DNA of 64,000 bases, from the NCBI GenBank assembly GCA_002633005.1, contig NMRA01000261.1:434001-498000 (forward strand). Reading direction: 5' to 3'. Source of the stretch: Phoronis australis. Taxonomy: Eukaryota; Animalia; Phoronida. Positions 36,431 to 48,814 of the stretch are shown in pieces. Positions within the stretch are counted from its first letter, which is position 1; each line of letters starts with the position of its first letter. A program made the position numbers and the translations under genes. The notes below the pieces were generated by a model. That model had not been told where the DNA came from. It ran no database searches and saw only the letters and a program-made list of their open reading frames with translations.

Positions 36431-38763
36431 TACAACGGTCATACAAAGGCAGAAAAATCGGCAAACGTCATTTGGTTAGATCAAACGAAAATAGATATGG
36501 CCTTGAACTGTGGCAACATGCACGCGCAAATGACGTGTATTGAGAGTCAGTGAATTAGCTGGGCAACGACCGTAATTGCGAGAATTGTGATACCTTGGTG
36601 TAGGTGTGTACTCACCGAGTGCTTCATATTTTAAGTTTATTTTAAAATTATCGTGACGTCAGAAAATCAATGACATAAAAAGGCTTGACGATTTTCTTTT
36701 ACGGTGCCGCAGATCTCATCAAGAGGCCTACGTTATCGTGACCACTGAGTCACACGCAGCACGTCACCAAACCCGGATTCTGAAATCACGTTTTTTTTTT
36801 TTTTTTTAACAACGTTCGGGTGAATGCAAACCCTCAAGACATCGCAGATCCTTTCATCTCACTATTGCACAAAAATGTGTTTTCGAATGTTAAAGTATTC
36901 ACTGACTTTCAGTGCACGTCATTTGCGCGGACCTTAGTGTGCTGATACGCAACTTGCGATCCCATTGATATAATGATGCTTGTCGATTGTTTTGCATGAA
37001 ATCGTCAATCGTATGACTGCAAAACATGATATATTTGATTGTTCCTCTGTCTGTTCCGATCATCTCTTAGAAGCTTATCTCAAAATTTCTCCACAATGTT
37101 TCAGCAAAAATGCCTGCTCACTGATGAAAGGAATGATCGACATCCAATCAAAAGTCCACCAGCTCATATCATCATATAATAAGACAATTATTGACTTAAA
37201 AACTCGGTCAATATTTTGGTTTTCAGACCCAAAAAGCGATTCGGTCATTATCACATTTTTGAGTCCTGAAAACCAACATTGTGACCTCGGTGAAATTAAA
37301 AAATTTCATCAACCTCATTTTCGGAATCGGGTCCGCATATCGGAATACTGACCGCTGGTAAGTTTAAAACTCATACTCTGTCCAAATCACGATGCCTGTC
37401 TCACAAAACACCGCTAACAGTATTCAAAGTACACACTGAGTTCAGCCAACCATTTTCTCATGCTCAGACTAATTTTGACCAAGTCTGTTACACCGTGTTT
37501 AGGCGGTCTTGTGTTTTTGGTGCGCAAGCCACGGTTCGCGAGTGCGGTATCTACCTGTTGGCGGTCGGTGAGCCCAGTTTGCTGAGTTGGTGAATTTTAG
37601 TCACTATGTCCGTGAGAGATGTGGAACTTATGAGTTCACGAGTGCGAGTGCAACAGCCATGTTGTTTCCACGCCTTGACCCAGTTCTGCAGAGGCGTGTT
37701 CCATGATACCACCTGGTGGCGCCATGAGAAAATCAGGGTAGCCATGGGTTCGAAAGCCGTGCCATGGAGAGAGAAATCTTTGCGAAATTCACGTCCTCTC
37801 GGCATATCTCGAGGAATCTCCCTTTTTAGAGACTAAGGTAGGCAATTAGCGTTACTGAACTCGTAAGTTCTCACAAAAAGTCACGCAGGCCGGGTGACAG
37901 GTCCACGAGTCACCAGTTTACGGTCTGGAACTCAGTGCCAAACAACGTCATCAATGGTAATCGACGACATTTGGTGACTCGGATCCGCTCTAAAATAGTT
38001 CAACAAAAGCAGAAACTTACAAGTGAAGGGAAGCACATTAATTAAATCAGGTGAACCATGTCATCAAAAGCAGAATTGTTGGCATTGCATGCTTTTGATG
38101 TCCGATATCGTATGATAATGACACGATTTCGTCAGAAAATACTGTGGAGATAAGTTAACCGGACATCAGTAAAATAATACACGGCAGGTGATAAAATCCT
38201 GTGGTCTCGTGTGTGACGTCATCAAGTGCACACGGAAGACGAATGAAAAAGTAAGCACTAGCTTACAGTCTCGGTGAATTTTTGAGTTCTGCAATCACGA
38301 TAATGTTTTGTAATGTGTGATTTTTAAAATTTTCATGCTAATGAATATCAATGGGGAAAGATAATGGGTTCAGTTGACAAGATGAGCACACGTTGTGGTC
38401 ACGTGACGTCACCGTTGACCCCAGCTTGTTCAATCGGACGGCAAACGAACGAGTTGGGCGGTTGACCAGCGTAGCCAGTATCTTACACGATAGATTAACT
38501 CCATTCTGAGATTTAGGTTTGGAGGGACAGCTCTCTTTTGTTCAATAATTGCTCTAATCAGATAAGATCGTATCAGCAACCTGACTTGACTGTGGTAAGC
38601 CTACTAAAAATAAAAGATAAGTTCTAAACTGTTTGAACACAAATCGATAACAATTTTGAATTCCGCTTCAAATGCCTACCATGTTTAGTTTTTAAATGAC
38701 CAAAATCGCCCAACTACAACCACAGTTTAGACAATCTATTCTTTCCGAACGCATACCAATGCA

Positions 38764-39365
38764 TCTCGCAGGTTCCCTGCGTATCTGCTAGGGGGTAGAG
38801 AACGCGCAGGTATCCTTTGATTTTACACGGGAATTTTTTTACATCGGTGTTCCTGATTGGCTGGTTGAACTCTCAACCAGTAGCGCATTACAAAAACAAA
38901 CTGGCATGACTGATGGAGGAAGTGTAAATGTAGGTGCAGTCAGTTGTGGTCTGCTGTTGTACAGACAAATTGGTGCTTAATACATGTTCAAGAAATGTGA
39001 ATCCGAAAGTTGTGGTTGTGCCTTTTCGGAGAGCATTTTGCTACCGTCGCTGACTTTTGTTTTGTTGCTGTCCTGTATTCACACAATGATGAATTACACA
39101 CCGGTTAAATCGGCCAGACGTTTGTGCATAGATGTATGTGCTTCAAGCACTTTCCTATCAGCACATTACTGCAGAAACGAAATATTTGCTGTCACGCCAC
39201 TTGCATGACAAATCTAATCGTTCACAGGCCGCTATTTTCTTTCTTTGTTGTAAAGCTAACTAATTACTGCCGAGGTTACATCAACCAGTGATAAAGCGCG
39301 TGCTACTGAATACTACCTGCGTGTTCGCTACCCGGCCCTAGCGGACACGCAGGAAACCAGCGAGA
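38764..39365. mobile_element. ~600-bp MITE with ~50-bp imperfect TIRs and 8-bp TSD CCAATGCA
   Basis: CCAATGCA|TCTCGCAGGTTCCCTGCG...CGCAGGAAACCAGCGAGA|CCAATGCA; second copy at 30505-31068. Confidence 0.8.
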
Positions 39366-40719
39366 CCAATGCATTTGCTTTGAGTGTGTTCGCGCGCCGT
39401 CGGTAATAAGGTTCAACCGCTATACTTTTCATAACGTTTACATCCATTATGCAGATGACGTCATTCTTATGTTTGATCCAATACATTGTTTTTAGCATTA
39501 AACATGCCACTTTAATATTGCGCCGGATGCGTTGGTTTTATTTAGTTAGGCGCATTACCATCATGGTCAAATTGATTACACAGATAAGGTCACGTGGTTC
39601 CTGTATTCTACCACGGGAAGTTAAAATTCAAGTTGGCTACCAGACACTTTGGACACCTTTCATCAGATTTCTGTAACCTGGACTGTTTTGACATTCTGAA
39701 TGCACTGTCTGTCAATTCATAGTAATCGCATGCGAATGGCGGGTTTGGGATGAAAAGATCCGAAGTAATGTATTTTGCTCGTTTTTTTAAGTAAAGCTTG
39801 CACTGACGATAGTCGTAAACTAGGATGTGAAATTCACTTCGGACTCATTTTGTTGGGCGTTGAAGTCTTTGGCCCAGCATGTTAATTGTCTATACTTTTT
39901 TAGTTTTTGTACATCCCGTTGAACAGAGAGGTTGAGCCGCACCTCTTTTTTAAGCCCCAAACCAACAAAATTGCTGTCTGCTGAAAGTCGAATGTAAGTT
40001 CCTGAACCTTATCCGACACTCGCGGTTGAACCGGTCTCGCCACCTGGTGACTGCACCCTACATGTAGTTACTTAGCGGTGCCAAAATATCGGCCAGCCCC
40101 AGATCACATTTGCCGGCTCACTGCATAGAGCAAAATTTGCTGAAATAAAGAAATTACAGTTCATCAATTCCGTGGTGGTCAATATTAAATTATGAAGAAT
40201 ACCTACTACTTAAAACTCCACTCAACGAATACCCTTCCTGTAAACATGATATACTCAACTCGGTGTATTTTTTCTAAATTGTGTCTTAATCAAACTGATT
40301 ACACTAGTCGCTTACACACCCTTAATACAATTACATATATTACGACCAGTTCAACTCATTAACTAATTAGCAGGGTTTTTGTTTTTTCTATTTTTTGTTT
40401 TTCACCAGTTACATTTAGATTCGAATATTTTTTGATGTTTTATCCACATTCATTTGTAACACTGACCTTAAAAGATTTTAACTACAGAACAGCTTCATAG
40501 TAATACTGTTTTTGTTCATGCGTGTTTATTGGTATTCATTTTGTATGCAACCTGTAAAAGTAACGATTCGCTTTTTGATTAATTTTTCAAAAACATCACA
40601 TTGTCTTATTTTGTAGCGTTGCAGATCTCACACTTGCACAATCTTCTGTTACCAGTTTAAGTTCTCTATGAAACAATTGCGAAAGAGAGCGAAATCCACT
40701 ATTTGTTTGCTGAGTGAGT

Positions 40720-41335
40720 TTTAGGTAGCACAGTGCAGTAAATATTTAATATCGGTAATTAATTTACCGCCTTCTAAGCATGCGACAAAATAATTGGTAT
40801 CAGGATGCGATTGGTTAAGTAAACACGGCCCTAAGGATGCGACAAACGCCATAAGACCCAGCGGAAGTATATAATTGACTTCATATTTTATACTCCCAAA
40901 ATAAGCCATATTTTCCAGTACTACGACGTGTTGACTCAATTCTTCACATCTGAACTCATATGACAGGGGATAGCGGAGACACCGGTCTTACACAGTTGTG
41001 AGGTTTTATTGAAACCAACCTTTGGCACACGTAGCTTGATAACTGTTAACCGCGGGCTAGTTTAACAAAAAATCAAATATCTGAGGAATTTTAAGGTTCG
41101 CTATCCAAAATACTGCACATCAATCTATGTTCCGGCCTACACGTGTCGAAGATATGAATTATTAGTTGATACACTGTACGAGAAGACATCAAAGCTACTT
41201 TAGTTATAGTGGAAACAGACCACAAGGGAATAGTTTGGTTACGAAATATCCGGAAGTACAGACAATGGTAATTGTGGTCTATTTTTGTTTGACAGGCAAT
41301 CAAACATGTTTACAGCGCAGATAGGAATTCCAAAC
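40720..41335 (-). pseudogene. Very decayed CR1/L2-type reverse transcriptase relic
   Basis: In the expected order on the minus strand: NRP..SVLPDIS (cf. NYRPISVLP), CAVF (cf. AVFLD), YGV..SLGPCLL (cf. GVPQGSILGPLLF). Confidence 0.45.
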
Positions 41336-43871
41336 ACATCATTAGAATTTTACAGCTTTTGTTGTTTCTCATAAAACTAACTGATTTGCGTTTTTCTCGT
41401 GATCAGGATTACTAGATCAGCAGTTTGATTCGTGACCAGCTACTCTTTTTATTGGATATTGGCATCTTCTGAATTATTCGTCCTCCCACCAAAACAACCA
41501 GCCAGCAGAATATCAACTGTTATTCAAACATTACAAAACATTTAAATGGTACAGTTACTTCGTGTGCATCAATACATTATAACCTAGGAGACATGGCCAG
41601 TTTACCTACGTCACAATTTATCTGAAAAAAGGTTGGTTGAAACATTTATGATTATTAACCAAACTACGGTGAGATAAATCGAGATGTGTGCATTTAATCA
41701 TAAAAAAATGTAACCAAAACATACGATTAAGTCGGAAAGGGCGCATATGACTGCAACGGTGTTTTGCGGAGGTGAGTGGGTAAAATACTAGTAAACACCC
41801 AGTCTGGTGGGATACACTCGCAGTAAGAATTAATGGAACTTCCGGTGAACACAATAACTAGATTGATTTCCGTTTACTAAAATTGGAGCACCGTTTATGC
41901 TTATACTATATTTATAATGTCCCTGCTCAAAGGCCCATTAGTGGGCCCTACTCACAGTCAAGCTAATACTGACTCTTCCAACATTTCCATGACTGAAATT
42001 TCTGAATACACACACCCTTAGGGCTTAAATCAATTGCCTCTTAATTGGAATGGATGATACTTGAAGTCACCATTGTTTTGTGTACACCAAATGTCAAAGG
42101 TCACATTTTCCAAGTAAGGGAAATGTGCTACGTCTATGTCATGTCTTACCAAACAAGACAGCGTGCTTTGCCTTGTGGGAGTAAAACCGAATAAGTGATC
42201 AACAGTTGACAGATCGTTTTTTGAAATTTGAAACTAAAAGAAAAATGCTTTGGCATCAACAGACATTCATTTTTTTACGAACGAAGTGTAAAAATACATG
42301 ATAAACAGGTTGAACGACACCGTCATTTTTAAATCAGCACGCATGTCTGTTGACGCCGAAGCTATCTTTGAATTTTGGACGTAGTATCAAACAATACGGC
42401 AAAACTACGCAGCATACGCAGAGCATTTGACCACAACCGACGTTCTTTTCGATCCTTCTTTCCGAGTCATTTGTTGCGTTTCATTGACGCCAGCTAATGA
42501 ATATTGGCCCTATTTGTAGACGTGGTGGAGTCGCGTTTTCCCGTTCATCAGCTCTAACAGTTATCAAGTTTCTCGACAGTTTTGACATCAGTTTTAAGAC
42601 ATATCCAGCATGTTTGCTCAGTTTTTAAGATTGCGCGTTGAGTAATTGATATGCATAAGTGACATTTGGACACCATCAATCATTTGCACCAATCGCCTTG
42701 TGCACAAATTATGCTTATGATACAGAACGTATTCCATGTTTTAAAAGTTGTCCCCTCTAAGTCCGTGTCTCTAGTGGCGGATTAACTATAACCAATTTCC
42801 AAGGCAGAGCAACAGTTCAGACAATTGTTCCAGAGCGAGGGGGGACTGACCATGTGGGCAGTTTGGATTTTAGTATTGAATGACTGGTTGGTCACCTTCC
42901 ATAGAGAACCGACCCTTACCTTCAACCTTGAGAAATGGGTCCCTTTCAGCGCTGGACAGGATTTTGAGACATGGCTCAGACATTAAAATTGGCGAGCAGT
43001 ATCGTATGCAACTATGCGGACAACTTTTGGTTTTGGGTAAGTTCCGACACACTGTTTCACAAAGCAAGGATCGCTTCAAGATTTCGCAAAACTCGCTTCT
43101 AGATTTGTGAAAGATTCTTGTCTCGTTTGTTTCTGGCATTCAAGTCTATCTTGTTTTTTTTTTGAAAGCAGCGTCTTCTTCATAATATCTCTGTATTGGC
43201 AGATTTGAGTGTCAAAAATCTAGCAAAGACTTCCATTTGCAGAGCTGTTCTGCACGACTGCTCAAAGGCATTCAATTCTAATTCCTTAATTGCAACCTCA
43301 ATGTTCTTCCGAGGCTCTTGATCGACTCCCTGCTTAGGAGCAGTCTTCCTGGCCAAGAGTCCAAGAGATTGTTTCTGATCTCTTGCTCGTATCCTCCCGT
43401 ATATCAGTTACATTTTCCATTAATAAAGAATAGTTTGTACATGTGTGTACATGCATGAGGAAATAGAAGCGCGGGTTCCTTCACGTAAAAACCTTTTGGC
43501 ACTTTTAGAATCCAGTTCGTTATCTGCTATGTGCCAAGTGCAAAATCCACTTGACGACTGGTCTTTAACTCAGCGTGTGTGATTACCAGTCATGCTAAAA
43601 TTAATTGTAAAGAATGGAGTCATCTGTTTTATACATCACTTTATTATTCGTACAAGCACCTTTTGCTTGTTGGATAACAAAGTTGTTATGAGCTGTCCAA
43701 ACATCCTTTACGTGAAGACATTTTTGGGCTCAATAAGAACTGCAATTGTGTCGACGATGGCTGTAACTGATTTCGGGGAAACATATTTTGCTATTAAAAA
43801 ACATCTCTGTGTAAGGAGAATACCGCAGCCAATCTTGTTTTACTGACATTTATAAACTTTACTCCTGGGAC

Positions 43872-43903
43872 TGCTGCTGCTACTGCTGCTGCTGCTGCTG
43901 CTA
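43872..43903. repeat. (GCT)n microsatellite
   Basis: ~10 units. Confidence 0.9.
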
Positions 43904-44329
43904 TTGAAGTGGTTAATGACTGACCTACAACGCGTATATGAAGCGCCAAAAGGTTCTTAAAGGGACGGAGAGAAAATCTTTTTCTGAGGTCAGAACCAGA
44001 GCGTCGGGAATCGAACATGAAACCATCAAGTCGCTGGTGCTCTGCTGGTGCCCTGTGTGGTTCCCAATAAATTGTGCAATTTTATACGCGTAAACGGCTG
44101 TAAAGTCATTGGCCTTGATTAGAGCGAATGCCCCGCAGACTCAAGCGAGAATCGGCGAGTTGTTATAAAATCACAAAATAACGTCAATTTTTATTGTTCT
44201 ACAGATTTACTGAAACTAAAAAATTCAGAGTCCGTCACATTCAACAACAATCTCCCTAATGCATTTTCAGCATATTTTAAGTTTCCCAACGACAACGTAT
44301 TCGAACTAGTACGCATCTACTGCCACAGA

Positions 44330-44745
44330 TACACAGACCTATTTTGGACATGAGACTATCTCTGCCCGCCCTAATACCCGACCTTCCTGGAGCCCTTAGG
44401 TTGGTAATCCTCACCAGCCTTATCCACCACTGCTTACCCTAGACACAGGCCCACACTTTACCCATCGATTTCGATATATGATATAGGCACACGCCTTACC
44501 CCCGACTTAGGAATACGCCTTGTTCTGGACATAAGGCGGATGACTTTTTGTCTTTATAGACACACGCCTTACTCTCAACTTAAGCGCACATCTTGGCCGA
44601 CGTGCACGCCTCGCTATCGACGCAGCCACGCATTGCTCTCAACATCCATATAGGTACACGCCTTGTCTTTGACATAGGCGCAAGTCGAAATTGGCACACG
44701 CCTGCTTCCAACATAAGCAAACTCATTACCCTCAAAATTGGCGGC
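44330..44745. repeat. Degenerate short-unit tandem repeat (ACACGCCTT...ACATAGGC)
   Basis: Recurrent cacgcctt / acataggc motifs at ~25-50-bp spacing. Confidence 0.5.
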
Positions 44746-46007
44746 GCTTATAACCCTTGTGCCTGATTAACAATGAACCTGGTGTACTTCCATACATGTA
44801 AAAGGGGTATACGGCACGTCTCGCTCAGATGGGTAACCTTTTTCACGACCAGATTCCCTACGAAAGGGTAACTTTTCCGACAAAATAACCTACGAAAGGG
44901 TTCAGTTTGGAAGTTCCAAACAAATTTCGCACTGCACAAACCTACAGATGGGTATTTGTTGTTATCTCTATTGGTTGCAAATGTATACTCATCATGGCAC
45001 CACGTCATGTACTGTTCTAGAATGAATAGGTTAAAAATTCAGCTGTACCAGAACACCCAGATAAAGGTTAAGTTTATGGAATTAACGTTTTAAAGAGGCC
45101 TGGAACTCAATAAACGGACTAAATTGCAATATTGAAAGTTATTCCCAGCCACTGAAACAGAATTGAACCTACTCACCAGGATTTTTAGGGTTTGTTCGTA
45201 AAGTTTTTTAGTTTCTGTTGATATCAAAGCATTTTCTTTTAGTTTCAAATTTCAAAAAAAAAACGTTCTGTCAACTGCTCGCCACTTCGTCAATTTTTCT
45301 CCCACGAGGCAAAGAACGTCTCCTTATTTGGTATGGCAAAACATAAACGCAGCACATTTACCTGATATGGAAAATGTGACCTTTGACCTCAAGCGACTTC
45401 AAGCAACTGACTGTGAGCACATTCGTGGGAGGGAGATTAGAAACTCTGTGGTAACCACATAACTTTGCTTCACTCTTATTTCAAAAATCGTGAATTTTGT
45501 GATTTTTTTCTGGAAATTTTCTTACTGGGGAAAGTGAATTACTCTGTACTAAACGTTGTGACATGGTGTTTTCGTCAGGAATTGTATAAAAGATATTTTT
45601 GACCAACTTTGGAGTTCCATGCGATGATTCAGGAACCAAAACCCTACGAAAGGGTAACACTTTCGTGGAAGCTACCCGCACATGGTACCCCTTCGACTCC
45701 ATTTTCTAAATGGATGGCTATCCTGATTTTTTTACACCCTGTCAATAATATAATCGATTACTCCCGTCGCATTGAACGAGTTCATTCTTAATCCGACAAT
45801 GTGTAAGTTATCAGTCGAGCTTAAACATGCTTTACACCAACAGGGATATCAGTTAAAATAACTATCATTGTTTTGGTTCATGTCATGGAGGCGAATTCTT
45901 TGTTTCGGTTCATTAACAGCACGGATGTCGACAGCTTCGTCCCCAAACCCCTAGATGGCGGTGATTAGTTTAGACATTAAAGTTTGGTTATGGTAAGTAC
46001 CTTCTAC

Positions 46008-46285
46008 GCAATGACTGGCCGCTGTCTTGACGCCATTAAAACAAAGACAGATTTTAATTATTTTCACAGGCGTTGTTGCTGAGATTTATGATGCAGAAGG
46101 CATTGTTTTGGTTATTGTTTGAAATAAAGGTTATTGACGTACTTATTTTCAATTCTTTTTTATTAATAGTATCACTGAAATTAAGCTGTTTTCGAATCGA
46201 AATACAATTTTGCAATGATTTAGACCTAATTGTTGAAATTTACCATTAGTTTTCATTTATAATACTGCAGACAATTTCAAAATTA
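46008..46285 (+). repeat. Dispersed repeat, copy 1 (copy 2 at ~63632-63880)
   Basis: GCAATGACTGGCCGCTGTCTTGACGCCATTAAAACAAAGACAGATTTTA... is closely repeated at 63632. Confidence 0.8.
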
Positions 46286-47107
46286 TAATACATCATTGTT
46301 ATTTAGCAAAGCATATATCGGACGTCAGAAAACTTCTTTCATAAATAATCTACGTCAAAATGCAAAATGCAAAATAGGTGTGGGTTATGAAGATTATGAA
46401 GACCCGTTAGAGAACAACAGTCAATCCAAATGTTTTGAACTGAAAACCACGCACACCTAAGTTGGACTATGAGCGCAGCTTTGCATACCCGGGGTGCATT
46501 TTGTAATAAAAGATTGGAGATGGGGATTTTGAAACTCGTGCAAGTGACGATTGAGTAAATATGTGAGCTCTTACGTGTGGTATTGGGAACTCAATGCGTA
46601 CGTTAAGACGCTTCATTTTCATTGAGTTTAGTTAAAAGTAACAACTTTAAACACAACTCAATTTGATCAAAACTTGATGCTCCACATGTGATCAATGTTT
46701 CCAAAAAACGAAACTTTAATAAAAAGACCTTTTTAGTTTGTTTTTTGAATCTCTGATGGTGTATCAACGAAATTGGTGTTGCACTGAAGTTCACTTTGTA
46801 TGAATTCAAAATGAACTGCAATATACGAATGTTCCTTCATAGTAATGTATTTCAATTGCTCTGAACTGGTGAAAACAAAGAAAGATCCACACCGCAGGCG
46901 TACGACTTGTCTTCTACATTAATATAAATTAAATCGCTAGTCACGTCTCTAGAGTACTGGAGTCCAGAAAACGCTAGACAATTGTACCAGCACAATTATT
47001 CAACAAGCTTTTTATTTCATTAAATGAATGGACGCTACTTACAATAAACCGTCAGGAACTCTCTAACGCGATGTGACGGTCTAAATGTGTGACTATGATT
47101 GCTGATT

Positions 47108-47140
47108 GTCGTCATAGTCATCGTCATCATCATCACTAAC

Positions 47141-47178
<38 letters not shown>

Positions 47179-47248
47179 CCGTCACGATGACGATCATCGT
47201 CATCATCATTATCATAATCATCATCATCGTCGTCGCCATCATCGTCAC
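47108..47248. repeat. (CAT)n microsatellite with degenerate flanks
   Basis: Pure CAT run at ~47141-47178; explains the poly-His ORF 47099..47395. Confidence 0.95.
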
Positions 47249-48045
47249 TGTACCGTACTAAACCTGGCATGGCTGGAAAAAATGTGCAGTGTAACAAATA
47301 AAACGGTAAAAGGGCGCAGTCTCATAAGAATGACACGCCGAGCAATACCCTTGACTTCACTGTTAACCATCAAAGTTGAAGACGAGTCACAATGACACAG
47401 CTAACTACATGTGACGACCAAACGACACAGAACAGTTGAAGTTTTATGCACCTTGTCATATGACTGGATTAGTTAAGCCACGAACGTAGACGCCAAAGGT
47501 CTATGTAGCGATGGAATGCGCCCACGTAGGGCGAGTTGTACATCCTTGATGAAACTCTAACAGTTACCATACTAGCAATTTTTGAGATTTTAAAGCGGTT
47601 ATAAGCCCCGCCTTCTATCACAAAACAATTTTTTATTCATGCCACTTACTCTGATGAAATTGGTTTAAAAAATTTTGCAATCAAATTGAGGATGGTTTTA
47701 AGGCTTTGAAACAACTGATAGTTGATTATTGCACGAGATCAAGTTTATCACGGCTTTTCATTTGGTGTGCCGAGCAGACATTCATTGAATAACAAAGTGT
47801 CAGCTCTTTGCAAACACAGAAATTACTTCATCCGACTAAGAAACAAATTGAGATATTTTAATAGCACTCAGTAGTCTAAACTCAAACTTCGCTTTATGGA
47901 CGAAATGCGAGTTTACAAGCGCCCAGTTAAGTGTTGTGGGTTACTTGACCTATTATGTAAGCGCACTTAGTCGTCAATACTTGGAACATCATACGCTGAA
48001 GAAAACGTCGCGTGAGATGTCATGCAAAGACACTAAGATATTCCT

Positions 48046-48217
48046 ATGGGATATATACACAAAATGTACCGAGAGTGGCGTAGATGAAGTAAACATCCCA
48101 CGAGACATTATTCCGCGTATCGACCTCTACCTTCGGTCTCGGTCGATACGCGGAATAATGTCGAGTGGGAAATTACTTCATCTACGCACATCGAGGTACG
48201 TTTTGTATTTATCCCAT
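48046..48217. mobile_element. Long palindrome/foldback element, possibly a non-autonomous Crypton-like element
   Basis: ~80-bp arms with a perfect inner stem GACATTATTCCGCGTATCGACC / GGTCGATACGCGGAATAATGTC and a 16-nt loop containing CCTTCGG. Confidence 0.6.
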
Positions 48218-48814
48218 TCTCTTCGATTTTCCAAGTTTTTGCATTTTTTCTGCAGATTTTCTAAATACTTCACTCAGACTGTTCACGTAACGGATCACAT
48301 CCTACATGTATGTACTTGGGCATTTGGTTGCAAGTTTTCTCTTGTAAAAGTAACAGTTTTGAATGTAACGATTTATTACTTGAAAACTAACGATAACAAA
48401 GATGAAAACAACGGTAACTGTGCATTGAACTTGTAACATCTCCTGAAAATAGTTAAATAACAACAATATTGGATATTGTAGTTACCGAGGAATCGGCGCC
48501 TGAGTTGCAGACGATATAATATTTAGCAATTGAAAACTGAGGTAGCATTGTCATATAATTAACAGTCCTGTTCCAAATGTTACGATTGGGACCTGATTGC
48601 ATGCAGTGGTATTTACACTGCTGCAATTGTATTACTTTAAACTATTTTCGGAAAGTTTGATGATCGAACCGGCTAACGACGTCGAGTCGATATTGACCCA
48701 CCTTTTGAACTTTCCATGTCAGAGGTCACTGTTGAAGTAGTGCGGGAGGTGAATACGGAAAGCATGGCCGTATTGCATGCGACAGATTTAACGCGTATGA
48801 GATGAATTAGGGAA

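Larger units (their letters stand above)
42058..45405. repeat. Diverged inverted repeat pair (~42058-42265 and ~45213-45405)
   Basis: GTCAAAGGTCACATTTTCC...TTTGAAATTTGAAACTAAAAGAAAAATGCTTTG is reverse-complemented at the right arm; possible old TIR element or two independent copies. Confidence 0.65.

Noticed and set aside
37480-37860. GC-richer segment with a GTTCGAA B-box-like motif, considered as a snRNA or other Pol III ncRNA
   Set aside because: No match to the U1/U2/U6/5S or tRNA sequences I can recognise.
47099-47395. Poly-His protein ORF
   Set aside because: Translation of the (CAT)n microsatellite.
47936-48436. 166-aa ORF
   Set aside because: Runs through the palindromic element; no protein motifs.
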